Source of the DNA: Takakia lepidozioides
Lineage: Eukaryota > Plantae > Bryophyta
Assembly (NCBI GenBank): GCA_030704615.1
Contig: CM060731.1
Span: forward strand, 62,744,001 to 62,808,000
Length of the DNA: 64,000 bases
Direction: 5' to 3'
Numbering within the stretch: the first letter of the stretch is position 1; each line of letters opens with the position of its first letter. Both the position numbers and the translations under genes were made by a program. This document shows positions 1 through 13,299 of this stretch, in pieces. The notes beneath the pieces were generated by a model. It was not told the DNA's origin, searched no databases, and saw nothing but the letters and a program-made list of their open reading frames with translations.

Positions 1-1014
1 AAAGTTATGACTGTCACTAAGGTGGGTTACCCAAGTTGTCCGAAGTAGGGAAACATGAGACTCATTTCACTGTACACCAGCTCAATACAACAACTGCATA
101 GTTGGAGCCGATCAATTGATCTTTCTTGCATGTGAAGTAAAGCTTCTCACTGAAAGAAGAAACTTTGTTTGTTTGTCTTTTGGCAATGGCCACACAAAAC
201 GGCCACTTTTCATTCTTTGCTTCCCCCAACATAGCCAGAATGCAGACTCAAGAGTCTAGTTCAAGTAGAAAGGGGGCAACTATGCGGACCCTCAGCCAGA
301 TACGTGCTGTTGCATTTACTTCATCATCGCTTCCTTTCAATAAGTTGCTTGTAAGTTCTTATTCAGCTGCACCCTCACCAGCCATATAATCCAGCTCCTC
401 TGGTTCGCCTTCATTCCATGAGTTCATGGCATACTTGACCTCTGAATTAAGAGATGCCACAGATAAACTCCCTTCAGCTGCTCTTCAAGCAAAGATTCCG
501 CACAAGTGAACTTGGCCCATTCAGGAAAGGAAGAGAAAATGGTAATGGCAAGTAGAGACATGCTTGCCACTGGCAACAAAGTTTGGTAGCATCTGGCTAT
601 CCACCATGAGTATTTAACCAGGAACACCTTTCTTAAACTTGCCAGGGACAAATCTACCAATTTTCCACAGGCAGCTGAGATGATTTGGTACTATGGAGAT
701 GCTTTTCATGTATATAGATCCTTGACCTGTGAAGGCTGAGATTTTTTTTTGAGGATGTCAGACTTCCTAAGGGATTTTCTTCATGCCTGCCTGTCCTTGC
801 AATCTGTGGAGAACATCTCTGCAATAAGCTTTTCCATGTCTTCACTGCTTTCGTGAGATAGTCATGTGCAAGGTGTAACCATAACCTCAGCAGAACTGCA
901 GTACTGATTGTCACAATAAAATCCATTGTTTCCTCCAAGCATACACAGTGCTTAATTAGATGCAAGTCATCTCCACTCATGTTTGAAACAAATCATTTCA
1001 CGCATGCTGCTTGT

Positions 1015-2082
1015 TTCCGCAATGGTCCCAACCAGAACAAAGGGACTGTCTCCAAAGAGTGAATGCGGTTCACATTCCATACAACTGTTCGCCCAACAAG
1101 CTTTTAGATGAATTAGGTGGCCATGTGTCAGTCATCGCACACCCGAAAGCTCTTGATCATCCAGGTAGGCAAAAGAAACGGTCACCTGCTCCCTGTGATG
1201 GCAAAGATAAATCTCATTTTGCTCCTCCTTATCATGCAATGGAAAGCACGTGTCATACCCAGCCTTTATCATCCACCCTGATCATTAACCTCAATACAGC
1301 TGTGCACTTCTCACACCTCTATCCTCCATCATTTTTCTCACCTTTGCTTTCTCATCCCACCTGACAGCTGTAGCATAAATGGTTAATAGCAGTGCATATT
1401 CTGCAGGGTCATGTGGTTCCCACCAGAGAAAGGATTTTACAGCACGTTCTGCTATCTGTACATTGCCATGAAGTCTGCAGGCACCAAGCAATGTGCGCAA
1501 CACGGAAGCATTTTGGCTTCATTGGCATTTTGGCAATGAAGTCCTCTGCCACATCCAAACGCCCTGCCCGACCAAGAAGATCCACCATGCAGCCGAAATG
1601 TTCCATAGTAGGTCTGAGTCTATAATCTCGACTCATGGAATCAAACTGGTGACAGCCTTGAGTTCACTAAGCCCAAATGCCTACAAGCGGAGAGAACTGA
1701 ACTGAAGGTGATACTGTTTGGCTTTAAACCTTCTTGTTGCATTTGTTCAAACAGTTGGAGGGCTTCCCTACCACAACCATGTTGGGCATATCCTGCAATC
1801 ATTGCACTCCATGCCATCAAATTTCGTTTAATCATCTTGTCGGACACTAGGCGAGCATCCTTTACACTCCCAAATTTGGAATACATGTCAACAAGACTGG
1901 TTCCCCAAGACGATACATGGCACAATTCCAACTTTGATGAGTTCATCTTTGCCCTTTTCGAGGGCTCCTAGGCCGGCACAAGCATTGAGAACACACATGT
2001 ACGTAATGCTATTAGGCACTATCCCTTCCCGTTGCATTTCCACATATATTTTGAGAGCCTCTTCACACAGCTCACAAGACAT
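1015..2082 (-). pseudogene. Decayed PLS-E-DYW PPR paralogue
   Basis: Frameshifted ORF pieces (1888-2082, 1641-1946, 1409-1636, 1291-1503) carry PPR/E motifs (LVDMYSKFGSVKDAR, EHFGCMVDLLGRAGRL, LLGACRLHGNV). A stop-riddled DYW remnant (LCHHREQ..FRVCDD*H) lies at about 1015-1270. Confidence 0.9.
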
Positions 2083-2100
2083 GGGCTGGGTCTTTAATCA

Positions 2101-4554
2101 TCACCAATAATCACCACAAGAACACACCCCATTCTTGAAGTGATGAAAGCGACTGACATCTCTTGCAGTAATTTCTCGCCCGACGATCTTCGATATGAAC
2201 TTGGTGGCAGTGTGGCAATCACTACATACCCGAAGGTTCTTGATTATACGAATAGGTGTCCCAGGGGGTGTGCTGATGATCCCAAAAGTGATGGCCAACT
2301 TCTCACTGTGGTAGCAGAGAGCCCGTTCCTTTGTCTGCTGATCCACATCATGCAACACATAGCGTGTGTCAGGAACATATCCTGCCTCTTTCATCTGCCC
2401 AGTCAATGTCTCCAACTCGGCATAGATCTCTTCTGTCTGAGGGTGTAACCTATCTTCTACAATAAATGTATGTACCCTGCTCTTGATCTCAATCCAGGTG
2501 CGGCCTGGCTCCTTTTTCACACCTCTGCCTTCCATCACATTTCTCACCTTTGCAACATCCTCCCACCTGCCAGCAGCAGAATATACGTTTGAAAGCAAAA
2601 CATAAACTGCAGCATTTTGTGGTTCTGACTTGAGGACAGATGCTGCAACACGTTCTGCTACCTCCACATTGCCATGAATTCTGCAGGCACCAAGCAAAGC
2701 TCCCCACACCGAGGTATCTGGCGCAAATGGCATTTTGTTGATGAAATCCTCTGCTTCATCCAAGCGACCAGCACGGCCAAAAAGGTCGACCATACAGCCA
2801 TAGTGCTCCCGTGTTGGTGTGATGCCGTAATCTCTAATCATTGAATAGAAGTATTGATGGCCATCATCCACTAGCCCGACATGGCTGCAGGCCGAGAGAA
2901 CACTAGTCAAAGTGACATTGTCTGGCTTCACCCCTTCCCATTGCATTTGTTGAAAAAGTTGGAGGGCCTCCTCACCACGCCCATGCTGGGCATATCCACT
3001 AATCATTGCAGTCCATGAGACCACGTCTTTTTCAAGAATCCTGTCAAACACTTGTCGTGCATCTTCGACACTCCCGCACTTCGCATACATGTCAACAAGG
3101 GCATTTCCCACTCGGACATCCGTTTCCAATCCAGATTTAATGATCAAGGCATGGATCCCCTTGCCGTCTTCCAGGATTGCTAGACTGGCACATGCATTTA
3201 GGATACTCACAAAAGTGACATTGTTAGGCTTCACACCTCTCTGTTGCATCTGCCAGAAGAGCTCAAATGAGTCTGTCCCACACCCTTGCTGAGCAAGTCC
3301 AGCAATCATCGCAGTCCATGTGACCACATCTCGTTCAGGCATTTTGTCAAACACTTGGCGCGCATCCATCACACACCCGCACCTGCAATACATGCTGACA
3401 AGGGCAGTACCCACTTGGACATCTAACTCCAGTCCAACTTTGATGATGTCCCTGTGCATCTGCTTGCCCAGTTCCAGGCCTACTGGACTGGCACATGCAC
3501 TGAGGACCCCCATGCAAGTGACCTTATCTGGCTTCATGCCTTCTTCCTGCATTTTGCGAAACAGTTCAAATGCCTCTGTACCATGTCCTTGTCGAGCAAA
3601 TCCTGCAATCATGGCATTCCATGATATCACATCTCGCTTAGGCATTTTTTCGAAGACATTACAAGCATCCAACACGCTCCCGCACTTGCTATACATGCTG
3701 ACAAGGGCATTCGCCACTCGGACATCTGACTCGAATCCAGCATTGCCAATGCCTGCATGGAGTCGTTTGCCCTGCTCCAGAGCTGCTGGGCTGACACATG
3801 CCTTGAGGATGCAACTGAAAGTGACGGCATCTCGGCTTGGCATTTTGTCAAACACTTGCAGCGCATCCACCATACTGCCACACTTACAGTACATGCTCAC
3901 AAGGGCAGTACCCACTTGGACATCTAACTCCAATCCAGCTCTGATGATGTCCCCATGGAGTCGCCTGCCTTGCTCCAGGGCAATTGGGCTGACACATGCG
4001 TTCAGGATGCTCATAAAAGTGACCTTGTTTGGCTCGACCCCCTCTCGTTGCATTTGCCAAAAGAGTTGAAATGCCTCTTCACCATGGCCATGCTTAGCTA
4101 ATCCTGCAATCATCGCGGTCCAGGAGATCACATTTCGCTCAGGCATTTTGTTGAACACTTCGCGGGCCTCCACAACACTCCCGCACTTGCAATACATGCT
4201 GACAAGGGTATTTCCTAGGAAAACATTTGGCTCGAATCCACTATTGATAATGTGGGCATGGACATCCTTGCCATCTGCCAGGGCCTTAGACTTTGAATAG
4301 ACCTGCAAGAGATGAGCACAAGTGTCGGAATATGCCCAAAACCCTTGTTGCTCCATCAGATCCAAAATTTCCTTCAATCGTCCCTCCTTGCAGACTCTAC
4401 TTACACCTCTTCTAGTGTCCTCGTCGATCCCTTCTGTCTTCGGTGTAATTTTCAGTCCTCCATCAGATTGAGTGACGATGGCGGACACACCAAAACTCGT
4501 CCCTGGGCCTCGCCCGACAACAAACAGGGTGTGACTCCAGACTTGAAACCCCAC
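2101..4554 (-). CDS. PLS-class pentatricopeptide repeat protein with E and DYW cytidine deaminase domain (organellar C-to-U editing factor)
   Basis: 817-aa ORF with repeated P-L-S motifs, PG box ([10 protein letters not shown]), HSEKLA...CSDCH zinc site and terminal DYW. The ORF opens at GTG with no in-frame ATG before the upstream stop. A TGCAG acceptor near 4560 suggests an upstream exon, so the 5' end is unresolved. Confidence 0.95.
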   Translation of the reverse strand: MGFQVWSHTLFVVGRGPGTSFGVSAIVTQSDGGLKITPKTEGIDEDTRRGVSRVCKEGRLKEILDLMEQQGFWAYSDTCAHLLQVYSKSKALADGKDVHAHIINSGFEPNVFLGNTLVSMYCKCGSVVEAREVFNKMPERNVISWTAMIAGLAKHGHGEEAFQLFWQMQREGVEPNKVTFMSILNACVSPIALEQGRRLHGDIIRAGLELDVQVGTALVSMYCKCGSMVDALQVFDKMPSRDAVTFSCILKACVSPAALEQGKRLHAGIGNAGFESDVRVANALVSMYSKCGSVLDACNVFEKMPKRDVISWNAMIAGFARQGHGTEAFELFRKMQEEGMKPDKVTCMGVLSACASPVGLELGKQMHRDIIKVGLELDVQVGTALVSMYCRCGCVMDARQVFDKMPERDVVTWTAMIAGLAQQGCGTDSFELFWQMQQRGVKPNNVTFVSILNACASLAILEDGKGIHALIIKSGLETDVRVGNALVDMYAKCGSVEDARQVFDRILEKDVVSWTAMISGYAQHGRGEEALQLFQQMQWEGVKPDNVTLTSVLSACSHVGLVDDGHQYFYSMIRDYGITPTREHYGCMVDLFGRAGRLDEAEDFINKMPFAPDTSVWGALLGACRIHGNVEVAERVAASVLKSEPQNAAVYVLLSNVYSAAGRWEDVAKVRNVMEGRGVKKEPGRTWIEIKSRVHTFIVEDRLHPQTEEIYAELETLTGQMKEAGYVPDTRYVLHDVDQQTKERALCYHSEKLAITFGIISTPPGTPIRIIKNLRVCSDCHTATKFISKIVGREITARDVSRFHHFKNGVCSCGDYW

Positions 4555-5431
4555 TGCCCTGCATGATAAACATCTTAAAGATCAAAAGCCCGACCACTGC
4601 ACAGGGACCAGCTTCCAACCATTAGTTGACAGGCTCTTGACTTCACATTCAATCGAATTTTCTCAACAGAAAAGAGGAGGGCTGGAAGTAGAGCCTACCG
4701 AGCACTCCGAACTTTTCTTTGGAAGCCCATGAAAAGTGTTCAAAATCCCACTCGAGGAGACCCATTGAGTGCTAGCCATGGACAGGCATAATGCCGCCCA
4801 TCTTGTTTGTAGGGCAGTCAGATCGAGTGGGGTGAGACAACGAACTTGTGCCGCCTTGAGCTGAATCATTGTACTGACCAATACAAGTCCTGCGAGGTAC
4901 TTGTCCCCTTGCATGCAATTTCACTTCAAACATCATTTCTGTGCATCCCTGCTCGAATTTCCAACAGTCAGCTGTGAATGAATACTCTCTTCCTCAACAA
5001 TCTTGAGAAGTTCCACGCTCTCAACCCATCCCTTTGACTCAAAACCAGCGAAGAGGACAGCGTTGAGAACTAAACGAAATTTGAAACATAAGAAGACAGG
5101 ACACTTAGCACATACAGAAATTTCAGAAATAGAAGACGACGATGAACAGAACATCCTGGGAGATATGTTTTCCACCGAAGTATAAACGTATAAACGTGTA
5201 AGGTGTGTTTGCAGTCTGATCTGTTCCCGGACAATGGTGGGTCCCATAGGGAAACTCTGACGTCGTTTGTAGAAGATGATGGTCGTCCTCACATCTGCAT
5301 ACCCACGGCATCCATGCCCTTCTTCTGGCACACACTGTCTCAAAATACTTTTGTTCTTGACCGATTCTGAAATCCTGTCTTTCTTGTGCGCTTTGTCTGG
5401 GTGTAGTTTATCTGCCGACTAAGGAACAGTC

Positions 5432-6773
5432 ATGGGGGAATTGCAGACAGTGCAATCGATGATGCAAAAAGGCCTACAGGATATCCCGAAAGCTTACATC
5501 AGACCAGTGCATGAACGGCCATGCAATGGTCATCTGAAGGATTTTTCCTCGATTCCGGTGATTGATCTGTCAGGTTTGGAGGATGACAGACGTGCAGAGA
5601 CCATGGCACAAATCGGGCGTGCTTGTGAGGAATGGGGATTTTTCCAAGTGATAAAGCACGGGGTTCCTCTGTCGCTTATGGCAAGGGTGAAGCAAATGAG
5701 CAAGGAGTTTTTGGCTTTGCCGGACGAGGAGAAGGCGGCTTACGTTGTCAAACCGGGTAGCGGCTATGAAGGCTATGGCAGTAAGATGATTCTGGCTCAG
5801 GATGTGAGTGTAGATTGGCGAGACTACCTCCTCCTCTTCACTCTCCCTGAATCGGCACGGCAATACAGCTTATGGCCACCGCGATTCAGGTGCGTCGAGA
5901 GAAGAGAAGATGAGAAAACCTGCATTGGAGGCAGAGGGCCTATGTGAGAGGGATGAGGAATGAGAAGGATGGTTTTTTGGGGGGCTGCAAGATGTGTATG
6001 TTTCTTTTGGAGGAAGCACCGCTCCGCCTGTCCTTCCTACACAGTCATTCAAGTTTCTTAGGGAAAGTGGAAGCTTGTAGTGAGTGGTCCAGGCTCTAAA
6101 CATCTCTGGTATTCTTCTTTCCTTGGTAATTCACATCTGTTAGTGTCCTGATTGATTCCTTGTGGCTGTTAATTTAATATTTGGCAGTGGTTCTTATTGA
6201 TACAGAGAGACACTGGACGAGTACAGCGCAGAGACCCACAAATTGACCACCAGATTATTGGCTGCAGTTTCTGAGAATCTCGGCCTTCCGCCTTCCTACA
6301 TGGAGAGCGCAGTAGGGAAAATCCACCAAAACTTTGTGATCAATCACTATCCCCCGTGTCCTCAGCCAGAGCTTGCTCTTGGGTTAGTAAAGCACTCGGA
6401 TCTGGGAGTCATCACGCTGCTCATGCAAGATGATGTTGGCCTACAAGTGTGCAAGAATGAAGACTGGGTCTCCATCATGCCCTTGGCCGAGGCCATTGTT
6501 GTCAACGTGGCCGACCAACTAGAGGTGCTCAGCAATGGAAAGTATCGAAGCGTGGAGCACCGGGCCGTTGTGAACAGAGAAAAAGCTCGGATTTCAATTG
6601 CCATGTTCCATGACCCTCTACCTGATTCTTTGGTTTGCCCCGCTGCCGAGCTCATCGACCATGACCATCCTCGGCTGTACAAAGATATTATTTTCGAGGA
6701 ATACAGAAATGCTTTCGTAACGCATGGTCCAGATGGCAAGAATAGGATTCGCTGTCAACCTGCTGGCGAATGA
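5432..6773 (+). CDS. 2-oxoglutarate/Fe(II)-dependent dioxygenase (DOXC class); exons 5432-5889, 6206-6773
   Basis: DIOX_N (IPVIDLS...ACEEWGFFQVIKHGV), NHYPPCPQPELALGL, HSD...H iron triad and RIS motif. The GT-AG intron 5890-6205 joins in frame (PRFR|ETLDEY). Confidence 0.93.
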
Positions 6774-7289
6774 GTCTGTCCCGCCAAAGGTCATGACTGC
6801 CACCCTTCAGAAAGCTTCACCTGCAGATGTAGGTAGGAAACACCTCTCTGCTACATAAAGCACACGTTCTATGATATTTCAGTGGTTTGTACAGTAACCC
6901 AGCGCCCCAGAAAGGAAATGAACATGTAGGTTGATTTGGGGCTGCTGGTCATATAAAGAGAAGGTTCATGCAGTCACATGCTGATGCTGTGATTGCTTCG
7001 TCTGGAGAGTCTGCGCGAGGAAATCTATGTTCACAAATCTATGTTCACAACACTAGTCAGGGAGAACTGTGCAGGATAAGCTCTGAGAGCTGTCGCTTTA
7101 GCTGGCGATTGGAAGGTTGCAATGAAGAGGAATGTTAGTGGAATGTCCACAGGAGGTAGTGTTTCGGAGTGGTACCCAGTTTCAACTGAATTCGCATCCA
7201 AAGATGTTGGTCTTTAAGTTAAGTTCTCCTCTGCCCCCAACCACACCTAGGGAGAAGAGATATCGTCGCTCTCTCAGCCCAGCGGTGCA

Positions 7290-7460
7290 TAATGCTCCAA
7301 TACTACAGTACCCAGCTTCCAGGATCCTGCTAGGAGCACCACAAACAGGAGATGATCCAGAGTGTTTGATCAAGATGATACCTGTAAATGTCCATGCAAA
7401 CTTGGAAATATGCATTGTATGCCCTCATGTCTAGCAGATCTTCACTCAAATCGACACTTG
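7290..7460 (+). pseudogene. Possible decayed RING-CH (RINGv) fragment
   Basis: Across two frames reads SRILLG...PECLIK / CKCPCKLGNMHCMPSCL, resembling the RINGv CRIC...LI.PC.CKG...H..CL pattern. Frameshifted, with no gene structure. Confidence 0.3.
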
Positions 7461-7957
7461 AGTATAGTGTGCAGGGATGCCTCTCGGAAAAGAAGAAGTC
7501 CTAACAAACGTCCCACATACATCGAACTGAGGAAACATGCAAATCGAAAGAGTCAAAACTGCAAACAATACTAAGACAAGCTCTGGCTACGACATACGTG
7601 AACTTCTCACCTCTTCTCACAAACTGAACGCATGGTTAGATGTTAAGTCCACCATAAGACTTCCTGCATTCCTAACCTTCTTGCGAAACCCAAATTTTCG
7701 TGATCAAGGGACACTAGGTTATCGTGGTGAAACCCTGTGGAGCTTAATTTACAGTATTGGGTTTTACCGTAGAAGTATCTGCAGGAAGGAAGAAGAGGTA
7801 GAAGTATCTGGAGGTTCTGTCATCAGAAAGTGCAACGGTTTTCAGGAGGCGGAGGGGATTTCTCGTAGGAGCCTGGCTTCAATCCTGTTCTCTCGTGGTG
7901 GTTATCTGACCCTCGCTCTCTCTCGTAGCTGTTGCCGTGCCACCGTAGGACGGACAA

Positions 7958-10848
7958 TGGCAGGAGCAGGGGCAGTAGTACCAGTGCAGATTGACGCATG
8001 GAGCGATGTCGCCTGTCCCTGGTGCTACGTCGGTAAGGTGGGTATCTTCTGCACATGTTTTTCTTGCGCTTGAGCTCTGTTGGGTATGACTTTGAGGAGG
8101 CGTAAGATGCTGTTTACAATTTAGCAGAAATTCTTTTGTTAGACTCCCGTTTGGACTAAGAGGTGTCCGGGGGGAGATGGATCTATGCTGCCCCTTCCAT
8201 GTTGAGAATCCTTGCGCATAGTTTGTCGGGCTATTCTGTAGCTGGTGCTTCTGAGATGGCGCTAACGTTGTACTGATTGCTTGGAGCTGTGAGAGAAAGG
8301 ACTTTGATAGTTTTGTCGCCTCAAAGATTGCAAGGAAGTGTCTCCGCATGGTATCAAACATCGGTTCTTCCTGCAGAGGGAAGGATCTTCTCACTTATTT
8401 TCCTGCTTCCATCCTCTCTTTGCTTTTAACTCTTATTACAGAATTATGTGAAATACAGGTGCGGTTGGATCAAGCAATACAAAATTTGCAAGAAAAAGGG
8501 GGGGAATCCCCTACTCAAGTGTCTGTGAGATGGTACACGTTGGCTCCTTTACTGTACTTTGATTACTTTGGGTTCAACTCTCCCTGAAAATTCACATTTA
8601 TGATAGCTGTTGAGCTGGAATCACCATGCCTGTGGTCAGAATCAACAAACACAGCTCGAGGTCCTTTTGTTATCCTGTCTTTTTGGCTATTTTTGGGCAA
8701 AGCCTTATGAATACACTGACTGATGTAAAGAGTGCCGCAAACTATTTAATGGATTGTGAGGCAGAAAGAAAAAGAGTTTCAAAATATATTGCAAAGTGTG
8801 TAGAAGAGCTGGGAAGCAAGATTTTCTTAAACAAAGATCTTGGATATTCTCTTTAGATTTCTGGCATACCTTACCAAGTGATGCACTTGTCAACTGAAGG
8901 TAAGACATTGTTAAACTCACCACAAAGAAGAGATCCTGCAAGAATGGCAAGATTGAGAATTAGCATTGTTGGAGAATATGTCACCAATCTCAAAGGATTA
9001 CAAGAGTTCATCACCCAACTTTCAAACCTGAAAGCTGACACCCCAGTCAAGTGATTGTATCACAGACTGAGTAGACAATTCTTGTAAGCCACTATCAGCC
9101 TACGCATTGCCCTTGTCATTTTTACCAGTACAGTGGTAAAAGGCCAAGATCTGGTGGTTAGTGGATAAACCAAAAATTTGGCCAGATTATAGCCCTTTAG
9201 CAATTCATATATTGCACACGAACTCATGCAGGCATCCATACATGATTGATATGAATACCAATCCTGCTGGGGAGTCCTATAAGTCTTACACTCAGCGCCG
9301 CTGGGGTGGCGATTCATGGACACAGAATTTGCGCAAGTGAGTTCCTCCAGATACTGTTCCGTCATTTCCTCTTTCTTCATGGAGAGTACCTTTGTTTCTA
9401 AACTAGAGATGGTATGAGTTTTTCCTGGGTCACCCAATGTGTTTTGGAGGTTCAAATTTTCCCAAGGCTATGGCGCCTACGTAATGATTAAGTAGGACAC
9501 TATGGGCACTCTCCTCTCTCTCTCTCCCTCTGTTCGGCCCTTTGTTCCGCACGTGGGGTCTATCGCCAGAAGGCTAAGGCTACGGAAAACGTCTCATGAG
9601 TACATTCTCTCCTTCCCTCTAAGGTACATCGTTCTATTCCCAGGTCAGGAGCAAGAAATGGTTTGAAATTCGGGGACTGGAGGTGGTGGCCCAATACACT
9701 GACTGCACACAGGTGCAATTTCCTGTCTATGTGCATCTAGTTGTTAGTACGGGTAACTTTCAGTTTTGCTTAGAGAAATGGCACATTGAGAATTGGGTTT
9801 CTATTGAGGAATTGGGGATGCTGGCTCAGGAAACTTTAGTGATGTTCATCATTGGAAGTGTTCTTTCAGATTGTGGTTACATATAGATGGTCATGGCCAT
9901 GTATAGAGCCCACCCCTGACTGGGGGCAGTACCATAGCTTGCTAGGAGAAGTGGCTCTTATTTACTTGAATCTGACAAGGTCTGGGAAGGTTGTATAGAT
10001 TGGTGCTGCTGGCAGACACTGTTGGAAAAGGTGCGGAAGCGAAGCAGAAGCTTTTTGAGAAAACATATGAAGAAGGATTGAACGTGTCTGATGTCAATGT
10101 GGTTAGCAACATAGCTGAGGAATTGGGACTACCAAATGCACGCGAATACTTTGTATGTGCCCTTGACATGCAATGAAACGGCCTTAATTTTCAGAGTTTA
10201 ACTTGGTAACTAAGGAAAAAGGGAGTTGGATTGAGGTTGATGTTTGCCTTTCATCAGTAGTCTTTTGATTGTGAGACCCCTTAAAAGCAGGGGTCATGTA
10301 ACTCAAATTTCCTGCACGGAAGTCCTTAAGAGCAGCCAAAATTGCTGCTTCATAGTAAGCCGGGTGCTAGACAAACAATTATCTGGCTGTGTTTGTGAGA
10401 TCTGCAGACAAGTGGGACGGGAAGGGGAGAAGTGTTGGAGCAAGTCGAGGCGGCTACAACTGATCTAGGCATTCACTCTGTCCCATATTTCGTTCTGGAC
10501 AACAAGTTCGTCCTCTCTGGAGCTCAGGTGTGCTTCAACGTTTGATGGCGCCACTCTGAATGATGTCGTCCTCTGTGTAGTGATATTATGGTACTCCCTG
10601 GGACTGTCTTGATCAAGTGGTCTCAGTTATGCCTTCAGACAGTAACCATGAGTAGGTTTGGATTTGATCGAGGGTTGATTATTGGTTGGCTGAATTTTCT
10701 GTGTGCATGCTGCTATTTGAAGGCACCATGCATTTGTCTAGATAGACATATGACTGGCATTGCATGCTATGTGTTACAGGATGTTGCAACCTTTGAGGAT
10801 GCAATACGCAAAGCTGCGAGTATGCATTCTGCTAGTGGCAGAAGCTGA
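7958..10848 (+). CDS. DsbA/FrnE-family thioredoxin-fold oxidoreductase, 7 exons (approx. 7958-8037, 8459-8532, 9232-9335, 9643-9712, 9999-10152, 10408-10527, 10781-10848)
   Basis: Spliced reading: IDAWSDVACPWCYVGK|VRLDQAI...VSVRW|HPYMID...RRWGGDSWTQNLRK|SGARNGLKFGDWRWWPNTLTAHR|LVLLA...|...GIHSVPYFVLDNKFVLSGAQ|DVATF. It has a CPWC active site, the cis-Pro VP motif and GT-AG boundaries. Confidence 0.88.
9532..9605 (+). mobile_element. Short 3'-tail fragment of the non-LTR retroelement family seen at 59481-60140, embedded in a CT tract
   Basis: AAGGCTACGGAAAACGTCTCATGAGTACA matches AAGGCTACGGCAAACAACGTCTTATGAGTACA at about 59979-60010. CT-rich sequence flanks both sides. Confidence 0.7.
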
Positions 10849-11225
10849 ATACTTGCGCTTTTGTTCATCAGTAGGTGCATCCACTATGTAAGGTCTTCGT
10901 TTACACCTTCAGTTAAACCCTTTATGGATAAGAAGAATGTCAGTCAGCAAGGGTTGTAAATAACTAGATACTTATGAACTCCATGAAGCTTGGGCTCTTG
11001 GAGCAACCATACAGAAGCTTTTTGTAGCACATCTGGCTCTCAATAGGAGGTCAATGTATGCATGTTGTTATCTGCCAGAAGCTGAATACGTGCACTTTTG
11101 TTCGTCAGTAGTCTCTTCTTCTCTTTATGTATAGTCTATATTTCCCACCTTCAGTTAAACCAGTTATGCAATAGGATTAATCAAGAGGGGCTGGAAGTAA
11201 CTAGGTATATGAACTCCACAAACTT
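10838..11225 (+). repeat. Diverged tandem duplication (about 238-bp period) of the DsbA stop codon/3'UTR region
   Basis: CAGAAGCTGAATAC.TGC.CTTTTGTTC.TCAGTAG...CCTTCAGTTAAACC...TATGAACTCCA occurs at about 10840 and again at about 11076. Confidence 0.8.
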
Positions 11226-13299
11226 TTAACTCTTGTGGCAGCCATCTACAGGTTTTTGTAATAAATAGAGTGCCATGAGACCTCTAGCCTTTGATATGAA
11301 TGGTAGTATTCCAAGTGCTGAATTTGTTCCAGTGAGGTGGGGACGACGACTGTGGGATTTATTGGAGAGGAGAGTGGAGATCCCACTTTGAATGGAGTAT
11401 GGAAAGAGTGGCAGCATTCAGTGGTAATGCTGCTTATATGGCCTGCTTGTTTAACTAGGATGTGGCCTTTGTTCAGAAGGTGAACTTTTGAAGTAGTAGA
11501 TGTGGTGCAGCTGGGCATAGTTTCCCCCAGACCTTGAGCCCTCGAGTTGCCCATTTCGATTGCTCCCTTGATTTAGGTTGGGTGATCATGCGACAAAACT
11601 TCTAACATGGGCTATGGGAAGTTGGCTCACACAGAGAGACTGCTGCACCCTCCTCCACAATCGACACGTTTTATATCACAGGGTCCTTCCAGCTATCTGA
11701 CTATTTGCAGAGTTTTCATTCAGCACTGTCAAATGGATTGCTGTGAGAAAGCTGAGAGCATAATCTGCCCCTTAGGTCCGTTCTTGTAGGTGGTGGGAGT
11801 TGACAGGAAGATTGGTTATGACTATGGTGCCCTTGATAAGCTTTATGACAGCTGAGCTCCTTGAATGGGTCAATGGATGCAGTTGTCCAGGCAAAAAACA
11901 TACACAGACTTCAATGCATAAACCTGATCCCAAGGATTGTGCTCATCGTATGGATCACAAGAACGAGGGTTTTCCATGGGGACTTCTGCACCTAAACCTT
12001 GTAGCTGACTTTCACTCCTGGGTGTGCAAGACAGGCGGATGCTGTGTGTACTTACCCAGAACTTCAGAAGTTAGAGATTGACCTGCAAGTTGCTAAATAC
12101 CAAAGCAATCTCAGTTTTCTTTTCCTTTAAGAAGTAAAGGGTGATCATAGCCCTCGAAATCATAGTAAAGAATGAGGATAAAAGAATCTTGTGGGGTTTA
12201 AGAAAGGGAAAACTCCTGAAGCCACCAAACCAGGTCTCCCTACAGCGTCCCATGCTGTATTTCTGCAAGAGAATCCTTGAATAAGAGAACATAACACTTC
12301 CTTCTTCGAAACCCAAAGCCAGTTGGAGCAAGAGATTATGGACTTGAAGAGTCTAAACATGACCAACCTCCAGAATGAAGAGTCTGGAGTTGAAGATCAG
12401 TGAAAGTGTTGGGAACAAGGTAGGTAGGAGCAGCCTTCAACCAGTGTAGCATTGTGGTCTTCTTCCAATATATAGTCACCCATTTATGTTCTTCTGGATC
12501 GATGTGAATGATCTTGATGCCCTGTGAGATCGGCAAACGAGGGCGATTTGTGTTTCTTTCGAGTTGTACCGAGCCACACATCCGTGCAGAAGGCTGAGGC
12601 TAGTGCTGCCAGAGTTGCAGCGTACTGTTCTCCACAGCGATGGTCGCAACGATACGTGGTGGAAATGCATTGCAACGCGTGTTTCGCTTTGCCACGTTGT
12701 GAGCCTACTCGATATTGTCGTTTTGTAGTTTGAGAGCTGCAATCTTTGCAGCTGGCCTCAACGCTCAAACTTCACCAGAGCTCAGTTTCGAATCTCGGTA
12801 TTTCTTTTGCTGCAAGTTCTTCTTTTCTTTGAACATCTCTTCTACCTCTGTCTTTTCCACTTTACCAGTTCCAGCGGAATTCGACTGCAGTCGAGGTACC
12901 AATCCTGGTCCATATGTCTATACTATTTCGTAGAACCACGTCTCAAGCTGGAGTCATGGCATCGCTGCTCCGGAGAATTATGTCTCAGAGCTCCTCAGCC
13001 ATCCCCCAGACAGGAAGATTCTCTGTGTCTGCCTGGCTCATGCCATTGTCTCTCTCGAATCGGGACTGCGCGGAAAGTTGGGGGGTACCTGGATTGCTGT
13101 ATCCAGCATTGAATCGACCATCGTCGCTTATTGATGGCATACCAGGTATCCTGATTGCCGGAGTCTAAATTCTAAGCATAATCTTATCTAGGTTGCATCG
13201 TCAAAACTACGGTGTTCATGAAAATCTTGGAAACAATTTCCTCGGGGAATCAGTGGATTGACCAGTTGTGTAGTAGCAGCTAGAGAGAGAGCGAGGGAG

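Noticed and set aside
1-1000. Possible decayed coding region on the minus strand
   Set aside because: Multiple stops and no recognisable motif.
3320-4069. 249-aa plus-strand ORF
   Set aside because: Antisense shadow of the repetitive PPR coding sequence.
11230-13200. Cluster of short overlapping ORFs
   Set aside because: No recognisable domain or consistent splice structure.
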